Below are positions 62,370 through 64,000 of a DNA stretch of 64,000 nucleotides, piece by piece. Under the pieces are notes generated by a model. The model was not told the origin of the DNA. It was given only the letters and a program-made list of their open reading frames with translations, and searched no databases. Within the stretch, counting starts at the first letter, position 1. Each line of letters begins with the position of its first letter. Position numbers and translations under genes: made by a program. Origin of the DNA: Planctomycetota bacterium (GTDB taxonomy: Bacteria > Planctomycetota > J058); contig RFHU01000278.1 of assembly GCA_003695705.1 (NCBI GenBank), positions 552 to 64,551 of the forward strand, given 5' to 3'.

Positions 62370-63106
62370 GCGCAACGCCGCGCCTCTGGCGCCTGCTCGA
62401 CACCGGCGCCGGCGACCCGGCCTGGAACATGGCGGTCGACGAGGCGCTCCTCGCCGCCTTGCCCGCCGAAGGCCCCCCGGTGCTGCGCCTCTACCGCTGG
62501 TCGCCGCCCGCCGTTTCCCTGGGCCGCTTCCAACCCGCGGCGGAGGTCGTCCCCCCGCCGGGCGCCGTCCTCGTTCGCCGTCCCAGCGGAGGCGCCGCCC
62601 TCCACCACCAGCGCGACGAGCTCACCTACGCCGTGGTGGCCCCCTACTCCGTCTTCCCCGACCGCCGCCCCCGCACCGCCTACGAGGCGATCCACGCCGC
62701 CCTGCGCCACGCCCTCGCGAGCCTCGGCGTGGCCACGGGGGCGCCCGAGCGCCCGGGCGCCGCCCCCCGCCACGGGATGTGCTTCCACGCCCCGACCGAA
62801 CACGACATCATCGCCGGGGGGCGCAAGCTGGTCGGCAGCGCCCAGCTCCGCCGCGGCCGAGCCTTCCTGCAGCACGGCGCCATCCCCTTCTCCCCCAGCC
62901 CGCTCAGCCCCGAGGCGGCGGCCCTGGGACGACTCTGCGCCACACCGCCCAGCCCCGCCGCCCTGGGGGCGGCCCTGACCCGAGCCTTCGGCGACGTTCT
63001 GGGCGTTCGCTTCGTGCCCGACGCGCTCCGTCCCAGAGAACGGGACGAAGCCGAGCGCCTCCGCGCGGCCCGCTACGCCGCGGGCGAATGGACCTTCGCC
63101 TTGTAA
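62366..63106 (+). CDS. Lipoate-protein ligase / octanoyltransferase family protein (LplA/LipM-like BPL_LplA_LipB domain)
   Basis: GTG at 62366 overlaps the upstream stop (GTGA). NMAVDEALL, LRLYRWSPPAVSLGRFQ, RRPSGGAALHHQRDELTYAVV, GGRKLVGSAQLRRGRAFLQHGAI. Confidence 0.85.
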   Translation: MSATPRLWRLLDTGAGDPAWNMAVDEALLAALPAEGPPVLRLYRWSPPAVSLGRFQPAAEVVPPPGAVLVRRPSGGAALHHQRDELTYAVVAPYSVFPDRRPRTAYEAIHAALRHALASLGVATGAPERPGAAPRHGMCFHAPTEHDIIAGGRKLVGSAQLRRGRAFLQHGAIPFSPSPLSPEAAALGRLCATPPSPAALGAALTRAFGDVLGVRFVPDALRPRERDEAERLRAARYAAGEWTFAL

Positions 63107-63274
63107 ACGCCTTGTCACGGTAGGGTTTCGCCGGGGGCACCCCGTTCCCGCCCGGCTTCCCACATGCGGGAAAGGCTGCCTCCGCGGCCACACCCGTCAA
63201 CGGGGATTGCTAGGCTTAGAGCTCCTTCGCCGCGGCAAGGAGCTTGCGAAGGGTCGGTCGGGAGTGAGACGGCC

Positions 63275-64000
63275 TTGATCCTCGACGCCTGGAAGGACGC
63301 CGACGCGGAGACCGAAGAGGAGCGCCTCCCCTTCGGCGAACTGGCGGTGCTCGAAGAGCTGGTCACCCGGGACCAGCTTCGAGAACTCCTCGAGCGCCAG
63401 GCCCACGACTACTACCGCAAGGAGCGCAAGGTCAAGATCGGCACCCTGCTCGTTCGCGAGGGCTACCTCAGCAAGAAGGAGGGCAAGCGGCTGCTCAAGA
63501 TCCAGCAGCAGGCCGGTCCCATCGAGGGCTACCAGCTCCTCGAACACCTCGGCAGCGGGGGCATGGGATCGGTCTTCCGCGCCATCCAAGAGGAAACGGG
63601 CCGGGAGCTCGCGGTCAAGATCCTTCCTCCCCGCGCCACGCACGATCGCCGCTACCGGACCCGCTTCCTTCGCGAGGCGAAGCTGCTCGCGGAGCTCGAC
63701 CACCCCAACCTAGTCCGCTGCTACGCCCAAGGCGAGTCCAACGACCACCTCTACTACGCCATGGAGCTCGTCCCCGGGCGCACCGGCCGCGCGCTCCTCA
63801 AGAGGGAGGGCTTCCTCTACGAGGAGGATCTGCGCTCCTACTTGCGCCAGATGCTCTCGGCCATGGACCACTACTGGGCGCAGCGCATCGTCCACCGCGA
63901 CATCAAGCCCGAGAACATCATGTTCACCCCCGACGGGGTGGTGAAGCTGACCGACCTCGGCCTCAGCCGGCAGCTCGACGACGGCGTGCACATCACGCGC
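63275..64000 (+). CDS. Ser/Thr protein kinase, N-terminal part (runs off the window), with tandem T2SSE_N/MshEN-like motifs
   Basis: Not in the ORF track because it has no stop inside the window. The frame is open from the TTG at 63275 (GGAG 10 nt upstream). GSGGMGSVFRA, AVKIL, HRDIKPENIMF, LTDLGLS. Confidence 0.8.
   Translation, partial: MILDAWKDADAETEEERLPFGELAVLEELVTRDQLRELLERQAHDYYRKERKVKIGTLLVREGYLSKKEGKRLLKIQQQAGPIEGYQLLEHLGSGGMGSVFRAIQEETGRELAVKILPPRATHDRRYRTRFLREAKLLAELDHPNLVRCYAQGESNDHLYYAMELVPGRTGRALLKREGFLYEEDLRSYLRQMLSAMDHYWAQRIVHRDIKPENIMFTPDGVVKLTDLGLSRQLDDGVHITR

Noticed and set aside
1-64000. Search for mobile elements, prophage blocks or genomic-island boundaries
   Set aside because: I recognised no transposase, integrase, recombinase, tRNA attachment site or terminal inverted repeats. 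Base composition looks uniform by eye. The gpD-like gene is isolated rather than part of a prophage.

Overview
This is a very GC-rich bacterial chromosomal segment. The six-frame track is therefore full of long spurious Arg/Pro/Gly-rich ORFs. I called genes only where the translation looks like a real protein (recognisable family motifs, a sensible start, a nearby RBS, or a 4-nt stop/start overlap). That gives about 50 coding regions. I recognised no rRNA, tRNA, CRISPR array, transposase or integrase.

Housekeeping content:
- folE, queE, lipB, a second lipoate-ligase-family gene, lysS and a yggS-type PLP protein
- a PfkA-family phosphofructokinase
- a divergent dnaA preceded by a cluster of DnaA-box-like 9-mers
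- a 2-oxoacid dehydrogenase cluster with two E1-alpha genes around one E2 and no E1-beta

Signalling content is heavy:
- four Hanks-type Ser/Thr kinases: three with zinc-ribbon and/or T2SSE_N-like N-termini, two of those followed by long TPR-like tails (the third, window-truncated kinase shows neither a zinc ribbon nor its C-terminus), plus one FHA-fused kinase
- an ECF sigma/anti-sigma pair
- a sigma-54 enhancer-binding protein
- a PP2C-STAS-RsbW partner-switching set

Many gene junctions are ATGA/GTGA/TTGA 4-nt overlaps: 5401, 10279, 11514, 17311, 18686, 19072, 34808, 36169, 37856, 40531, 56107, 57483 and 62366. I used these to fix start codons.

The loci I consider most worth follow-up:
1. 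A partner-switching operon wrapped around an orphan CpaF/VirB11-type ATPase (55670-58899).
2. An orphan phage gpD/VgrG-like gene with two unknown upstream genes (48425-51372).
3. A Pus10-type (archaeal/eukaryal-type) pseudouridine synthase (46024-47124).
4. Tandem DUF4139/TIGR02231 paralogs (3242-6948).
5. A 64-aa hyperacidic ORF (44661-44855).
6. MshEN-like motifs at kinase N-termini.

All family assignments are motif recognition by eye, not database searches. The lineage cannot be determined from the window; the gene content is reminiscent of Planctomycetota- or Myxococcota-like genomes.
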